Assembly: GCA_964586695.1 (NCBI GenBank)
Contig: CAZPGQ010000003.1
Span: 888-64,887, forward strand
DNA from: an uncultured Candidatus Saccharibacteria bacterium
Lineage (GTDB): Bacteria > Patescibacteriota > Minisyncoccia > Phycocordibacterales > DATDWN01
Direction: 5' to 3'
Length of the DNA: 64,000 nt
Positions 47,206 through 57,768 of the stretch are shown piece after piece. How positions within the stretch are numbered: position 1 is the stretch's first letter; the number at the start of each line of letters is the position of its first letter. The position numbers and the translations under genes are program-made. The notes beneath the pieces were generated by a model. It made no database searches. It was not told the DNA's origin and worked only from the letters and a program-made list of their open reading frames with translations.

Positions 47206-49698
47206 ATGAAAAAAATATTTACCAATATAACAATAGTAATACTTTTTATAGGGATTTTTGTTCCTAGTTCAAACGTTAATGCCCAAAACCCAATAAATCC
47301 TGGTCCAGGTGATATAGGAACTTGTACGTATCCTGGTCCAAATCAACAACCAACACCAAACCTGCCATACAAAATATGTATAGATGGCGGAGGAACTTGG
47401 ACAGCCAACCCGCCTTCATCCCAAACACAACCAACTCCAGAACAAAAAGCTGATGATGGTGGTTGGTCATTAAGTAACGCTTTTTTTGGTGGAATTAACG
47501 ACTTTGTAAGTGGAATTTTCTACGGAATACTGATGATGATGTCTTGGATAGTTTGGTTTGCAGGAACACTACTAAACTACGTTCTAGACTTTACTATAGT
47601 TAATATGCAAAAAAATATATCGGGCTTAACTGGTATAAATATTGCTTGGAAAATTATTCGAGACCTTATGAATATAGTTTTTATATTCCTATTAGTGTAT
47701 GAGGGTATAAAGCTAATCATAGACCAAGGCGATCTAAAAAGTTTGAAAAATTTTATATTTGGGGTAGTTCTGGCCTCACTACTCATAAACTTTAGTCTAT
47801 TTTTCACAAAAGTTCTAATAGATGCTTCAAATGTAGTAACTTTGGGAATTTATACCTCCATAACTGGACCTAGTAACTCACTTATTAACTCTGGACTATC
47901 CGACCCAATAACAAACGCTCTGGGTGTAAGCTCAATTTATGGAGATAAAGCTCCACCAGACATATTTACTGGTAGAAACATGGGGAAAAAATTAGTTATG
48001 TTATTTGGTTCTGGAATAGTCATACTTGTTACTGCTTTTGCCTTTTTTGCTATAGCAATAATGTTTATTATTAGATTTATAGCCCTAGTTATACTGATGA
48101 TGACTTCTCCAATAGCCTATATGGGAATGGCCATACCAGCAATGAAATCTTACTCGAAAGAATGGTGGGAATCCCTCAAAGGCCAGCTCCTCTTTGCTCC
48201 AATTTTTATGGTTATGATACTTATCTCGATAACTTTCATGTCGAGTCCCGGATTTATAGTAGAAAAAGATTTTGCTTCTCTTATGGACACATCAGCAAAA
48301 CCAGACTTTTCAACAATGGGCCTGATGCTTAATTTTACAGTTATAATAGGTTTGATATTTGGATCAATAATTGTTTCTAAAAAAACAGCTGCATCTGGAT
48401 CAAAATACATAGGAAATGCCACAAAAAACCTAACTTCATTTGCCGGTGGAGCAGTATTTGGTGGAGCAGCAAGGTTTAGCAGAAATACTTTGGGCAGGTT
48501 TGGAAACTCTTATGCAAACAACCAAGAGCTACTAGACCGAGCAGCAAGAGGGGATAAATTTGCTAGAGCACAACTTGCTGTTGCAAACAAAGCAGCAACC
48601 AGCACGTTTGACGCTAGAGGTTCTTCTGCCTTTGGTAAAATAGCCTCCGGAGCGGGTATGGAAAAGGACTTTGGAAAAGCGGATGACTCAAAGAAGCAGA
48701 ACTTTAGAAAGATCAGAGAAGAACAGATAAAGAAAGATGTTGATGATGCAAAGAAATACAAACCAAATGATGCTGCTGTAGATGAAGCAAAAGCAAGACT
48801 TAATAGTCAAGAGTTCAAGGATGCAGAAGAAAAAAGAGCTAGGGAACGAAAAGAATATTTGGAATCAGAAGCTTATCTAAAATCAGACGAGAAAAAGAAG
48901 GAGACTGGAATGGAAGAATCTAATAGAAAAGACGCTATCGCGTTAAGAGATAATGACATTAAAATTAAATCATCAGAAGACTCCATCAAGAAACTCAAGG
49001 AAGATGAAAGAAATCAGGCTGAGTATATTAAAAAACAAATGGAAATGGGACTACTTAATGGAGATGAGCTAAAAATACAAGAGAAAAAGAGTAGCGAGAT
49101 AAAAGAAAAAATAAGGAGAAAAGAACAGGAGCTTGAGTTACAAGAGATGCAGAAGAAAAATCTTGCTGAGTTTATTGCAAAAAGAGAGATAGAACTAAAA
49201 AATATAGCTCATGAAAAAGAGAACTATATGTCGGAAGAAAAAAAGAAGCTAATTGCACTGGCAGGTGGACAGAAAACAAAGGATGATAATGGCAAAGTTA
49301 GAAAAAACAGCGAAGGTAAAATTGTAGACCAATTTGGAAATGTGGTGAATGAAAGTAAAGTAATTGAAAATTCCTATTCTCAGAGACTTGAGGCTCGCGC
49401 AAAAAGAGAAGAGGCTGGACCTGCGTGGCGTTGGTCAGCAAACATAATCGGAACGCCGTTATCAGCCGTTATTCCAATGAAGCCAAAAACAAAAGCAGAC
49501 AGAAGTGAAACTGCTAGGCAAATAAGAAAACTAAAGTCTGGAAAAACTCCTGAACAGGAAGCTGCGGAAGCTTTTAGCAAGTTAAAGAAAGCTGCGGAAG
49601 CAAAAGGGGATAGAACATACACCACAGAAGAAGAGTCTGCTCCTGGACCAGTAGCTCCAGAGGCTAAACCAGCCGAGGAGACACCACCAACAGCATAA
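47206..49698 (+). CDS. VirB6/TrbL-like polytopic membrane protein with charged C-terminal coiled coil
   Basis: WKIIRDLMNI, ASLLINFSLFFTKVLIDASN, IRFIAL...SPIAY, WW; multiple TMs; lies upstream of PrgI and VirB4. Confidence 0.7.
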   Translation: MKKIFTNITIVILFIGIFVPSSNVNAQNPINPGPGDIGTCTYPGPNQQPTPNLPYKICIDGGGTWTANPPSSQTQPTPEQKADDGGWSLSNAFFGGINDFVSGIFYGILMMMSWIVWFAGTLLNYVLDFTIVNMQKNISGLTGINIAWKIIRDLMNIVFIFLLVYEGIKLIIDQGDLKSLKNFIFGVVLASLLINFSLFFTKVLIDASNVVTLGIYTSITGPSNSLINSGLSDPITNALGVSSIYGDKAPPDIFTGRNMGKKLVMLFGSGIVILVTAFAFFAIAIMFIIRFIALVILMMTSPIAYMGMAIPAMKSYSKEWWESLKGQLLFAPIFMVMILISITFMSSPGFIVEKDFASLMDTSAKPDFSTMGLMLNFTVIIGLIFGSIIVSKKTAASGSKYIGNATKNLTSFAGGAVFGGAARFSRNTLGRFGNSYANNQELLDRAARGDKFARAQLAVANKAATSTFDARGSSAFGKIASGAGMEKDFGKADDSKKQNFRKIREEQIKKDVDDAKKYKPNDAAVDEAKARLNSQEFKDAEEKRARERKEYLESEAYLKSDEKKKETGMEESNRKDAIALRDNDIKIKSSEDSIKKLKEDERNQAEYIKKQMEMGLLNGDELKIQEKKSSEIKEKIRRKEQELELQEMQKKNLAEFIAKREIELKNIAHEKENYMSEEKKKLIALAGGQKTKDDNGKVRKNSEGKIVDQFGNVVNESKVIENSYSQRLEARAKREEAGPAWRWSANIIGTPLSAVIPMKPKTKADRSETARQIRKLKSGKTPEQEAAEAFSKLKKAAEAKGDRTYTTEEESAPGPVAPEAKPAEETPPTA

Positions 49699-49702
49699 AA
49701 AT

Positions 49703-50389
49703 ATGGAGCCAACAAATATAACAACAAAATACCTCGAATCTTTACCTGATAACATTAAAAATGTTATTTCTAATCCAAATATAGAAAGTCGTATCAAAGA
49801 AATATCTAGAAAATATTCTTTAAATGCCGAACAAGGAGAGAGTTTGGTTGATATAGTAATGCTAGTTTTAGTGGGGATTGATAGCCCAGACACACTGATC
49901 GAAAACATAATGTCAGATTTGTCCGTTTCTGAAATTGTAGCAGAACAGATAATGAATGATCTGGAAGGTCGGGTATTTGAATATGCACTTAAAGAATCTG
50001 GTAGCACTGATGAGGTACCAAGGGTTAGTAGAGCAACGGCAGTTGATGTCAATTTGCCAGAAATACGACCTGATAATCTACCCTCAACAGAAGTTACAGA
50101 TCAAATACCAGTAAAAAATAATGTGCCTGTTTACACACCAAAACCAAAAGTTTTAGTGGGGGAACCTGTGCAGACTCCAGTATCTGTACCACGCTTTAGA
50201 GCTGTGCCACTTACCGATAACGAAATCGGAGCTGACTTTATTCCAAAATTAGCACCAAAACCTTCTGCCGGTGGAATAATGGAGTCAAAACTAAACAATG
50301 TAACGCCTGGAATTACAGAAACAAAAAAAGACAATTCTCCTATAATAAAGAACTATTCGGTAGACCCTTATAGAGAACCATTAAACTAA
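49703..50389 (+). CDS. Hypothetical protein (helical N-domain, Pro-rich linker, C-terminal DPYREP)
   Basis: In-operon ORF. Confidence 0.75.
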   Translation: MEPTNITTKYLESLPDNIKNVISNPNIESRIKEISRKYSLNAEQGESLVDIVMLVLVGIDSPDTLIENIMSDLSVSEIVAEQIMNDLEGRVFEYALKESGSTDEVPRVSRATAVDVNLPEIRPDNLPSTEVTDQIPVKNNVPVYTPKPKVLVGEPVQTPVSVPRFRAVPLTDNEIGADFIPKLAPKPSAGGIMESKLNNVTPGITETKKDNSPIIKNYSVDPYREPLN

Positions 50390-50393
50390 AGCT

Positions 50394-50834
50394 ATGAGAT
50401 ACCAAGTACCACAATTTATAGAAGTAGAAGATAAAATAATCGGGCCATTTACGATAAAACAGTTCGTCTACATGGCAGGGGGAGCGTTTATGTGTTACAT
50501 AATATACACTTATGTGCCATTTTTTATAGCAATTTTTCTTCTGGCGATAGTTGCTCCTCTGGGTCCGATGCTTGCTTTCTATAAAATAAATAACAAACCA
50601 TTTATAGACTTTCTTGAGTCTGCATTTCTATTTTACACCAAAAACAATCTCTACCTTTGGAAGAAAGAGGATCGGAGTATAAAAAAAGAAACCACTGACT
50701 ATGCAGAAGAATCTGCAAACCAAGTTTTTGTTCCAAGGCTTTCTGAAAGTAAACTGAAAGAACTTTCTTGGTCACTAGACATAAACGAAAACCTTAATCC
50801 ACTAACAGGGGAGGATGGCAAAACAACAAAATAA
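50394..50834 (+). CDS. PrgI-family (VirB3-like) membrane protein
   Basis: YQVPQFIEVEDKIIGPFTIKQF, followed by two TMs. Confidence 0.85.
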   Translation: MRYQVPQFIEVEDKIIGPFTIKQFVYMAGGAFMCYIIYTYVPFFIAIFLLAIVAPLGPMLAFYKINNKPFIDFLESAFLFYTKNNLYLWKKEDRSIKKETTDYAEESANQVFVPRLSESKLKELSWSLDINENLNPLTGEDGKTTK

Positions 50835-50903
50835 AATGATTTTTTTAATAAATAGTGGATTGAAAAACTAGATGATGATTACTAGATACTGTATACTATT
50901 GTT

Positions 50904-51542
50904 ATGGTAGTTTCTTCAAAAGCAACACAAGAATTTGTTCCAATACAAGAGGTTCGTGATGGCATAGTTATGCTAAAGGATGGCACTATGCGGGCTGTAG
51001 TTTTGGTATCTTCTCTAAACTTTAGTCTCAAGTCTGATGATGAGAGAAATGCGATAATACTCCAATTTCAAGATTTTTTAAACTCGCTAGATTTTTATGT
51101 ACAGATATCTGTTCAATCAAGAAGACTCGATATAAGGCCCTACATTGCTCTACTCGAGGAAAGGTACAAAGAACAGATGAATGATCTTATGAAAATCCAA
51201 ACCAGAGAATACATAGAGTTTATCAAGAAATTTACTGAGACGACGAATATAATGACAAAGAGTTTCTTTGTTGTTGTTCCTTACGATCCAGCAATGCTGA
51301 GCATAAAAGGTGGGTCAGGTATAAACCCTTTTAGAAAAACTTCTAGCTCCGAGGAAAAGAGAAGTAAATTGGCCTCTTTTGAAGAAAACAGGACTCAACT
51401 TGAACAAAGGGTGTCAGTGGTGGAGCAGGGTCTTTCTAGATGTGGAATACGTGTTGTTAGACTTGGAACAGAAGAAGTTATAGAACTATTTTATAAGATA
51501 TTTAATCCAGGAGACACAGAGAAACCTATTAAAACTAGCTAA
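50904..51542 (+). CDS. VirB4 N-terminal-like (TraC-associated) protein
   Basis: SLNFSLKS-DE, FLNSLDF-VQI, KSFFVVVPY; immediately precedes the VirB4 ATPase. Confidence 0.7.
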   Translation: MVVSSKATQEFVPIQEVRDGIVMLKDGTMRAVVLVSSLNFSLKSDDERNAIILQFQDFLNSLDFYVQISVQSRRLDIRPYIALLEERYKEQMNDLMKIQTREYIEFIKKFTETTNIMTKSFFVVVPYDPAMLSIKGGSGINPFRKTSSSEEKRSKLASFEENRTQLEQRVSVVEQGLSRCGIRVVRLGTEEVIELFYKIFNPGDTEKPIKTS

Positions 51543-51547
51543 AACAT

Positions 51548-53362
51548 ATGGGAATATTTGATTTTTTAAAAAAAGAAAAAAAAGAGGAGGTTGTATCGAC
51601 AATTCTACCTCAACAAATCTATGACTCAGGAGCTCTAGAATTAAAAGACATTATTGCACCCAGCGCACTAGAGGTTACACCCAAACAAGTAAACCTTGGT
51701 GAGAAAGTCTTGAGAAGTTACTTTGTTATTTCTTACCCTAGATATCTTACAGAAAACTGGTTCGCGCCAATAATAAACCTTGATAAGATATTTGATATAG
51801 CTATATTTATAAAACCAATAGATACTGCGGGTGTACTTAGAAGTTTCCAGAAAAAAGTGGCAGAGGTTCAAAGTCAGATAAACTCTAGAGAGGCAAAAGG
51901 TTTGGTGAGAAACCCTATGTTGGATACAGCATATCAAGACCTTGAAAACCTGAGAGACCAACTACAGCAAGCTCAAGAAAGACTTTTTGATATTGGACTA
52001 TACATAACAATATACGGGAACTCAGAAACAGAACTAGATAAAATTGAGTCTGAAATAAAATCGATCTTAGAAGCGAAGCTCGTGTATGTAAAACCTGCAT
52101 TATTCCAACAAGAGCAGGCATTCAAGACAACTATTCCTATAGGAACTGATGATCTAAAAGTATATAGCAAGCTAAACTCTTCACCTCTTTCATCACTATT
52201 TCCTTTTGTGTCTTTTGACCTAACATCAGACAGGGGAATACTTTATGGAATAAACCGACACAACTCATCACTAATTCTTTTTGATAGATTTTCTTTAGAA
52301 AACTACAACTCTATCACTTTTGCGAAGTCAGGATCTGGAAAATCTTACGGGACAAAACTAGAAATACTCCGTACACTAATGTTTGATACAGATGTAATCG
52401 TTATCGACCCAGAAAAGGAATACGAATACCTAGCAGAAGCTGTTGGAGGAAGATACTTCAACATATCACTTAACTCTGAACACCACATAAACCCGTTTGA
52501 ACTTCCAACTCCATCAGAGGGGGAGTCGTTCTCTAGTGTGTTGCGATCAAACATAATAAATCTTGTTGGACTATTTAGAATCATGATGGGAGGACTTTCT
52601 CCAGAGGAAGATGCCATTATTGACAGAGCCATAACAGAAACATATGCCCTGAAAGATATTACTGCAGACTCAAACTTTGAAAACGTCGAGCCACCTCTAA
52701 TGTCAGACTTCGAGTTGGTGCTTTCAGGTATGGAAGGAGGAGACTCTTTAGCACAAAGGCTAACAAAGTATACCAGAGGAACTTGGGCTGGATTCATAAA
52801 CAAACCTTCAAACGTAGATATAAACCAAAAATTCATAGTCTTTTCTCTTCGGGACATGGAGGACGAGCTAAAGCCGATAGCCATGTATATTATAATGCAC
52901 TATATATGGAACATGATTAGAAAGAAGCTTAAAAAGCGACTTCTAGTCATTGATGAGGCTTGGTGGATGATGAAGTCTGAAGATACTGCTTCATTCCTGC
53001 TTTCTCTTGCAAAAAGAGGAAGAAAATACTACTTAGGACTCGCCACAATTACTCAGGATGTAGATGATTTTATGAAATCTCCATATGGAATGCCAATTAT
53101 TACAAACTCATCTATACAAATACTTTTAAAACAGTCACCAACATCCATAGATAAACTCCAACAAACTTTTAACCTTACGGATGAGGAGAAATACCTATTA
53201 CTAGAGTCGGATGTGGGGGAGGGTATATTCTTTGCAGGATTGAAACACGTCGCAATAAAAATCATAGCTTCATATACAGAAGACCAGATAATAACGTCTG
53301 ATCCTTCCCAGATTCTCTCAATAAAAGCTGCAAAATCTGAGTTAGAAAACTCTGTAAAATAA
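51548..53362 (+). CDS. virB4: VirB4/TraC-family T4SS ATPase
   Basis: YGIN, Walker A AKSGSGKS, IDPEKEY, INPFE, Walker B IDEAW, RGRKY, TQD. Confidence 0.9.
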   Translation: MGIFDFLKKEKKEEVVSTILPQQIYDSGALELKDIIAPSALEVTPKQVNLGEKVLRSYFVISYPRYLTENWFAPIINLDKIFDIAIFIKPIDTAGVLRSFQKKVAEVQSQINSREAKGLVRNPMLDTAYQDLENLRDQLQQAQERLFDIGLYITIYGNSETELDKIESEIKSILEAKLVYVKPALFQQEQAFKTTIPIGTDDLKVYSKLNSSPLSSLFPFVSFDLTSDRGILYGINRHNSSLILFDRFSLENYNSITFAKSGSGKSYGTKLEILRTLMFDTDVIVIDPEKEYEYLAEAVGGRYFNISLNSEHHINPFELPTPSEGESFSSVLRSNIINLVGLFRIMMGGLSPEEDAIIDRAITETYALKDITADSNFENVEPPLMSDFELVLSGMEGGDSLAQRLTKYTRGTWAGFINKPSNVDINQKFIVFSLRDMEDELKPIAMYIIMHYIWNMIRKKLKKRLLVIDEAWWMMKSEDTASFLLSLAKRGRKYYLGLATITQDVDDFMKSPYGMPIITNSSIQILLKQSPTSIDKLQQTFNLTDEEKYLLLESDVGEGIFFAGLKHVAIKIIASYTEDQIITSDPSQILSIKAAKSELENSVK

Positions 53363-53773
53363 ATGGATGGAAATAAATCAAAAATATCAAATGTTGAATG
53401 GGGTCTAGTTATAGGTGCGCTTTTTGCTATCGATATAACTCAAATAATAATCGAATGGTTGCTTGGATGGATTGGAATCGGTATATTTATCAATTGGATA
53501 ATTGATTTGATGACAGGAATGAGTCTGGCTTTATATCTACAACTCCGAGGGCAGAGCATGGTCAACCCAAAACGTTTAGCTGGTATAGTTGGAACTTTTG
53601 TGGCTGAGCTAATACCTATAGTAGATCAGTTGCCGCTTTGGGGAATGGATGGAATATTTAACATGGTAATTTCAAAGAGCGATACGCTTGTCTCTAAAAT
53701 TCCTGGTGGCTCAAACCTAACCACCGGGATTGAGCTAACAAAAACTAATCCGAACCTCCAACAAAAACCATAA
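53363..53773 (+). CDS. Small membrane protein
   Basis: Several TMs; AELIP...LPLW; translationally coupled to virB4. Confidence 0.75.
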   Translation: MDGNKSKISNVEWGLVIGALFAIDITQIIIEWLLGWIGIGIFINWIIDLMTGMSLALYLQLRGQSMVNPKRLAGIVGTFVAELIPIVDQLPLWGMDGIFNMVISKSDTLVSKIPGGSNLTTGIELTKTNPNLQQKP

Positions 53774-53915
53774 GGGATCAGATTGATAATTCCACATCAC
53801 AAATAAGAAAAATGGATGCTGCCATTAAAAATAAATCACAAAAAAATTATGGATCGGAGTGATGTTGTGTACAATATGGTTTTTCATACACAATAATGTG
53901 TTAAAATATATACTA

Positions 53916-54917
53916 ATGAAAAACTGTGCTTATATACTATTGTTAATGCTCATTTTCGCACTATCTTCCACAGTTAGTGCACAGATTGAGGTGCCCAGCA
54001 CAACAGATATAAATATTGAGTTGATACCCTCTAGTCCAAAACCAAACGAACTAGTTAGCGCGTCTATAACTAGTTATTCAACAGACATTAATAGTGCAAA
54101 AATAACTTGGAGTGTAAACGGAAAAACTCAAAAAAGTGGCGTTGGAGAAAAAGGTTTTATTTTTAACTCTGGTGATGCTGGCACAACAAATATTCTTTAC
54201 ATATCAGTAAAAACAAAGGAGGGGGAGCTTATAGAAAGAAGCCTGACTGTATCACCTGTAAGTGTAGATCTTATTTGGCAAAATGATAGCTTTGTTCCAC
54301 CTTTTTATAAAGGCAAGGCCTTGTATAGCCACCAGAACAAAATAACCTTTATAGCTCTTCCACACATCTTTGATAATGGAAAAGAAGTTTCTCCAAAAAA
54401 TTTAATATACACATGGAAAAAAAATGGATCGGTAGTGGATTCCGCTTCTGGGTATGGAAAAAATACCTATACAACTGAAGGATCGGTCATATCTAGAACA
54501 CTAAATATAGAGGTTAATGTAACATCACCAACAACAAGTGCTGGTGGGTATGCACATACAATAGTCACACCAATAGAACCCTCAATTGTGTTTTACAAGA
54601 AAAACCCTTTGTACGGAATAGAATTCCAAACAGCATTATCTGGAGCCGTTAATATAAAAAACTCAAATGAAATAAACATTTTAGCAGTTCCTTTTTTCTT
54701 TGGTGTTACCGATAAAAAATCAATAGATCTTACATATATTTGGTCAATAAATGGCAGTGAAATATCAAATACAGGATCAAGCAATCAGGTGTTTCGTAAA
54801 AAAGAGGGGACAGAAGGAAACTCTTTTATATCACTCTCAATAGAAAACTCAAACAAAATACTACAGTACGCGTCTGCGGATTTCAATTTGGTTTTCAATA
54901 ATAAGTCATCACTATAA
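53916..54917 (+). CDS. Secreted beta-rich (Ig-like repeat) protein
   Basis: Signal peptide; three W-x-x-NG motifs (ITWSVNG, YTWKKNG, YIWSING); VPPFYKGK. Confidence 0.75.
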   Translation: MKNCAYILLLMLIFALSSTVSAQIEVPSTTDINIELIPSSPKPNELVSASITSYSTDINSAKITWSVNGKTQKSGVGEKGFIFNSGDAGTTNILYISVKTKEGELIERSLTVSPVSVDLIWQNDSFVPPFYKGKALYSHQNKITFIALPHIFDNGKEVSPKNLIYTWKKNGSVVDSASGYGKNTYTTEGSVISRTLNIEVNVTSPTTSAGGYAHTIVTPIEPSIVFYKKNPLYGIEFQTALSGAVNIKNSNEINILAVPFFFGVTDKKSIDLTYIWSINGSEISNTGSSNQVFRKKEGTEGNSFISLSIENSNKILQYASADFNLVFNNKSSL

Positions 54918-54921
54918 AAAT

Positions 54922-55809
54922 ATGAATAAAATCATTAAAAATTCACTGCTTATTTTAACAATTTGTTTCTATCTCTTTCCTTTTGTAACAACCGTCGCCC
55001 AAACACCAACTCCATCGGATTACGTTGTTTTAACACCATTACCAGGAACAACCAACTGTGGAAACAACACAACAAACAGTGGTTGCGTAACTAACCTTGG
55101 ACTATATTTGCCACAGATGTTTAATCTTATAGTTGCAATAGCAGCTGGACTTGCTTTTGTGATGATAACACTTGGAGGTATAACTTATGCGACTACTGAC
55201 GCAATAATGGAAAAAAGCCAAGGTAAAGAGTGGGTTACTAATGCAATTTATGGACTACTTTTAGTTATTTCGGCTTATGTAATTTTGTATACAATAAACC
55301 CTCAGATACTTGAATTTAGTCTGGATATTAAACAACCCGTCATTATAAACAACGCTCCTGGTGCTGTAGCCATATCTCCGATGACGGCTCAAGAAATAGC
55401 TGATGATGCTGCTGTCAGAGCTCAATTAACAGGAATCAAGGTAAACCATACGGCTTGTATAAATGGTGGAACAAGAGGTTGCACAAACCTGAATGGGCTA
55501 CCTCAGAATGCAATCGACGGAATAAATGGCTTAGCCACAACAATAGGAGCAAACAACATCACAATAACAGGGGGGACAGAAGGCGGTCATGCAACACATG
55601 GTGTGGGAAAACCTATGGTAGATCTTTCTCCAAATGTAAGAATTACTTCCTTATTAATGGGGCCAACAGGTATACCCCATGATGGATATTCCAAGTCTGT
55701 ATCTTTTGGTCTTAATGGTAAATATCACGCAACCTTCACATACGAGAGTGCTGGTGGTAATCCAAACGGAACATCAACTGGCGATCATTGGCATGTAATA
55801 TTTAATTAA
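54922..55809 (+). CDS. VirB2-like pilin domain fused to a putative M15/LAS-type zinc peptidase domain
   Basis: Pilin block IAAGLAFVMITLGGITY...K-W-TNAIYGLLLVISAYVILYTINP; C-terminal ITGGTEGGH..H.....D and DHWHV. Confidence 0.7.
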   Translation: MNKIIKNSLLILTICFYLFPFVTTVAQTPTPSDYVVLTPLPGTTNCGNNTTNSGCVTNLGLYLPQMFNLIVAIAAGLAFVMITLGGITYATTDAIMEKSQGKEWVTNAIYGLLLVISAYVILYTINPQILEFSLDIKQPVIINNAPGAVAISPMTAQEIADDAAVRAQLTGIKVNHTACINGGTRGCTNLNGLPQNAIDGINGLATTIGANNITITGGTEGGHATHGVGKPMVDLSPNVRITSLLMGPTGIPHDGYSKSVSFGLNGKYHATFTYESAGGNPNGTSTGDHWHVIFN

Positions 55810-55811
55810 CT

Positions 55812-57032
55812 ATGTCTAAAAAAAACATACTTCTAATAAGCTCTCTCGTTCTAGGATTAATCTTTGTGGGCCTTGTGGTTTATCTTTTATCAATAAACTC
55901 AAAAGCGACATCTACTGGTGGAATTTCTGTATTTAGAAAATTCCTTCCTTTTGGTGGGGACACTGTAATAGTGGATGATGAAAATAATACCGCCACCAGC
56001 ACACCGAAAGAAGAAACTCCTGGTAATTCTGAAAATTTTAAACAGTCTCTTAGAAAAATATCGTCCGAACCTGTTGCTGGCGCTGGAACTCTTGATATAA
56101 AATTAGGGACAATAGTGCGTTATGTTGAAAAAGCCACCGGACACATTTATGAAGTTGAACTATTTTCACCAAAACATGAGCGGATTTCCAATACCACAAT
56201 ACCATTAACGTACGATGCTTTGTGGGGCAACAAGAATAACTCATTGGTTGCTAGATATTTAAACAGTGATGACGCGCAAGTAGAAAGCTACTATCTAACA
56301 CTTAACAACAGTAGTTCCACAGAAAATACACTGAAGAGCATCGCCCTACCAAAAAACATAGAGGACGTATCCTCTTTTGGAGCAAACTTCTTTTACTTAG
56401 TACAGAATACAAATTCCTCTACTGGTTACGTGAGTGATTTTAATGGCAAAAACAAAATGATCTGGAGTTCTGATATCAAAGAGTTGACCACTCAATTTGT
56501 AAACTCAAAAATAGTAGCTCTGAACACAAAACCTGCACAAAAAATCTCAGGTTATCTGTACTATGTAGATACGGCGACAGGACAAAACAAGAGAATTTTA
56601 GGAGATATATCTGGACTAACCACACTTTCTGATCCACTGGGTGAAAAAATTGCTCTTTTATCACAAGATGATTCTGTTAGATTTATGTTTTATACAGTAA
56701 AAACAAAGGCTTACGTTGATATTAACCCAATAACATTCCCAGAAAAGTGTGTTTGGAGCAAAAAAGACACAAATGTTTTATACTGTGCCGTTCCCAAAGA
56801 TTACATATCTGGAAACAGTCTAATATCTTGGTACAAAGGACTTATTTCATATTCTGATGATATATGGAAATACGATCTAAAAAATAATGTATCGACTATA
56901 GTGGGAGAATTGAGCAAAGCCTCCTTGGTGGACATTGATGTTATAAAGCCCCTACTATCTGAAAACGAACAATATATAGTCTTTATAAACAAGAAAGACA
57001 ACTCTCTCTGGAGTTTGGACCTACTTCAGTAA
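55812..57032 (+). CDS. Membrane-anchored beta-propeller-like protein
   Basis: N-terminal TM; TGHIYE, PEKCVWS...YCAVP, INKKDNSLW. Confidence 0.7.
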   Translation: MSKKNILLISSLVLGLIFVGLVVYLLSINSKATSTGGISVFRKFLPFGGDTVIVDDENNTATSTPKEETPGNSENFKQSLRKISSEPVAGAGTLDIKLGTIVRYVEKATGHIYEVELFSPKHERISNTTIPLTYDALWGNKNNSLVARYLNSDDAQVESYYLTLNNSSSTENTLKSIALPKNIEDVSSFGANFFYLVQNTNSSTGYVSDFNGKNKMIWSSDIKELTTQFVNSKIVALNTKPAQKISGYLYYVDTATGQNKRILGDISGLTTLSDPLGEKIALLSQDDSVRFMFYTVKTKAYVDINPITFPEKCVWSKKDTNVLYCAVPKDYISGNSLISWYKGLISYSDDIWKYDLKNNVSTIVGELSKASLVDIDVIKPLLSENEQYIVFINKKDNSLWSLDLLQ

Positions 57033-57035
57033 AAC

Positions 57036-57764
57036 CTAAACAACAAGTGTGTGTTTGTGGTACTTTCTCCTTATATATATCTCTTGAACGATTGCAAAAA
57101 TGTTACTTGTGATTAGATATAAAGCTATAGCAGAAGATATTGTGTAGGCAATAATAGTCATCAAAACAGGGAAGAAGTACTTCATTTGCATAGTCATGGC
57201 CTTCTGTAGGTCGCTCTGTGGGGTGTTTTCTTCATTCTTTGTTGTTGGTGAGGAGGCCAAACTTATCTGGTAATAAGTGGTCAATCCAGCAATAACAGCC
57301 AAAATCATACTCTTTTCAGAAATGTTGATTAGGTGAAGAAAAACCATGTTGATATTTTCTGGGGAAGAAACAAAAGAATAAAGTATTGTAGTGTTTATAA
57401 TTGGTAATCCGGACTTCAAAAACACTCTATACAGTCCGATCAGGATAGGAAGTTGAATTATAAGTATAAATATACCAGCAAAAGGGTTTATGCCTTTCTC
57501 TTTATAATATTCGAACTGCTTCTTTGCTTGTTCTTCTTTATTGTCTTTGTATTTCTCCTTAATAAGGGCAAGGTCTTTCTCTGCACTCTTCATTTCAAGC
57601 TGAGACTTTGAAGCTTTTATTGAGAGAGGAAGAATAATTATCTTTATTACAATAGTAAATATAATAATAATGACACCTGCATCAAAAAAGGGGAGTAGAT
57701 CCATCAAAAGAATCAGCCCGTTATAAAGTGGTTGTGAAATTATAAGATTAAAAAGTGATGACAT
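57036..57764 (-). CDS. yidC: Membrane protein insertase YidC (short form)
   Basis: IKIIILPL, INPFAG, IQLPILIGLY, ALYLITSN; downstream of rnpA. Confidence 0.93.
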   Translation of the reverse strand: MSSLFNLIISQPLYNGLILLMDLLPFFDAGVIIIIFTIVIKIIILPLSIKASKSQLEMKSAEKDLALIKEKYKDNKEEQAKKQFEYYKEKGINPFAGIFILIIQLPILIGLYRVFLKSGLPIINTTILYSFVSSPENINMVFLHLINISEKSMILAVIAGLTTYYQISLASSPTTKNEENTPQSDLQKAMTMQMKYFFPVLMTIIAYTISSAIALYLITSNIFAIVQEIYIRRKYHKHTLVV

Positions 57765-57768
57765 TTGG

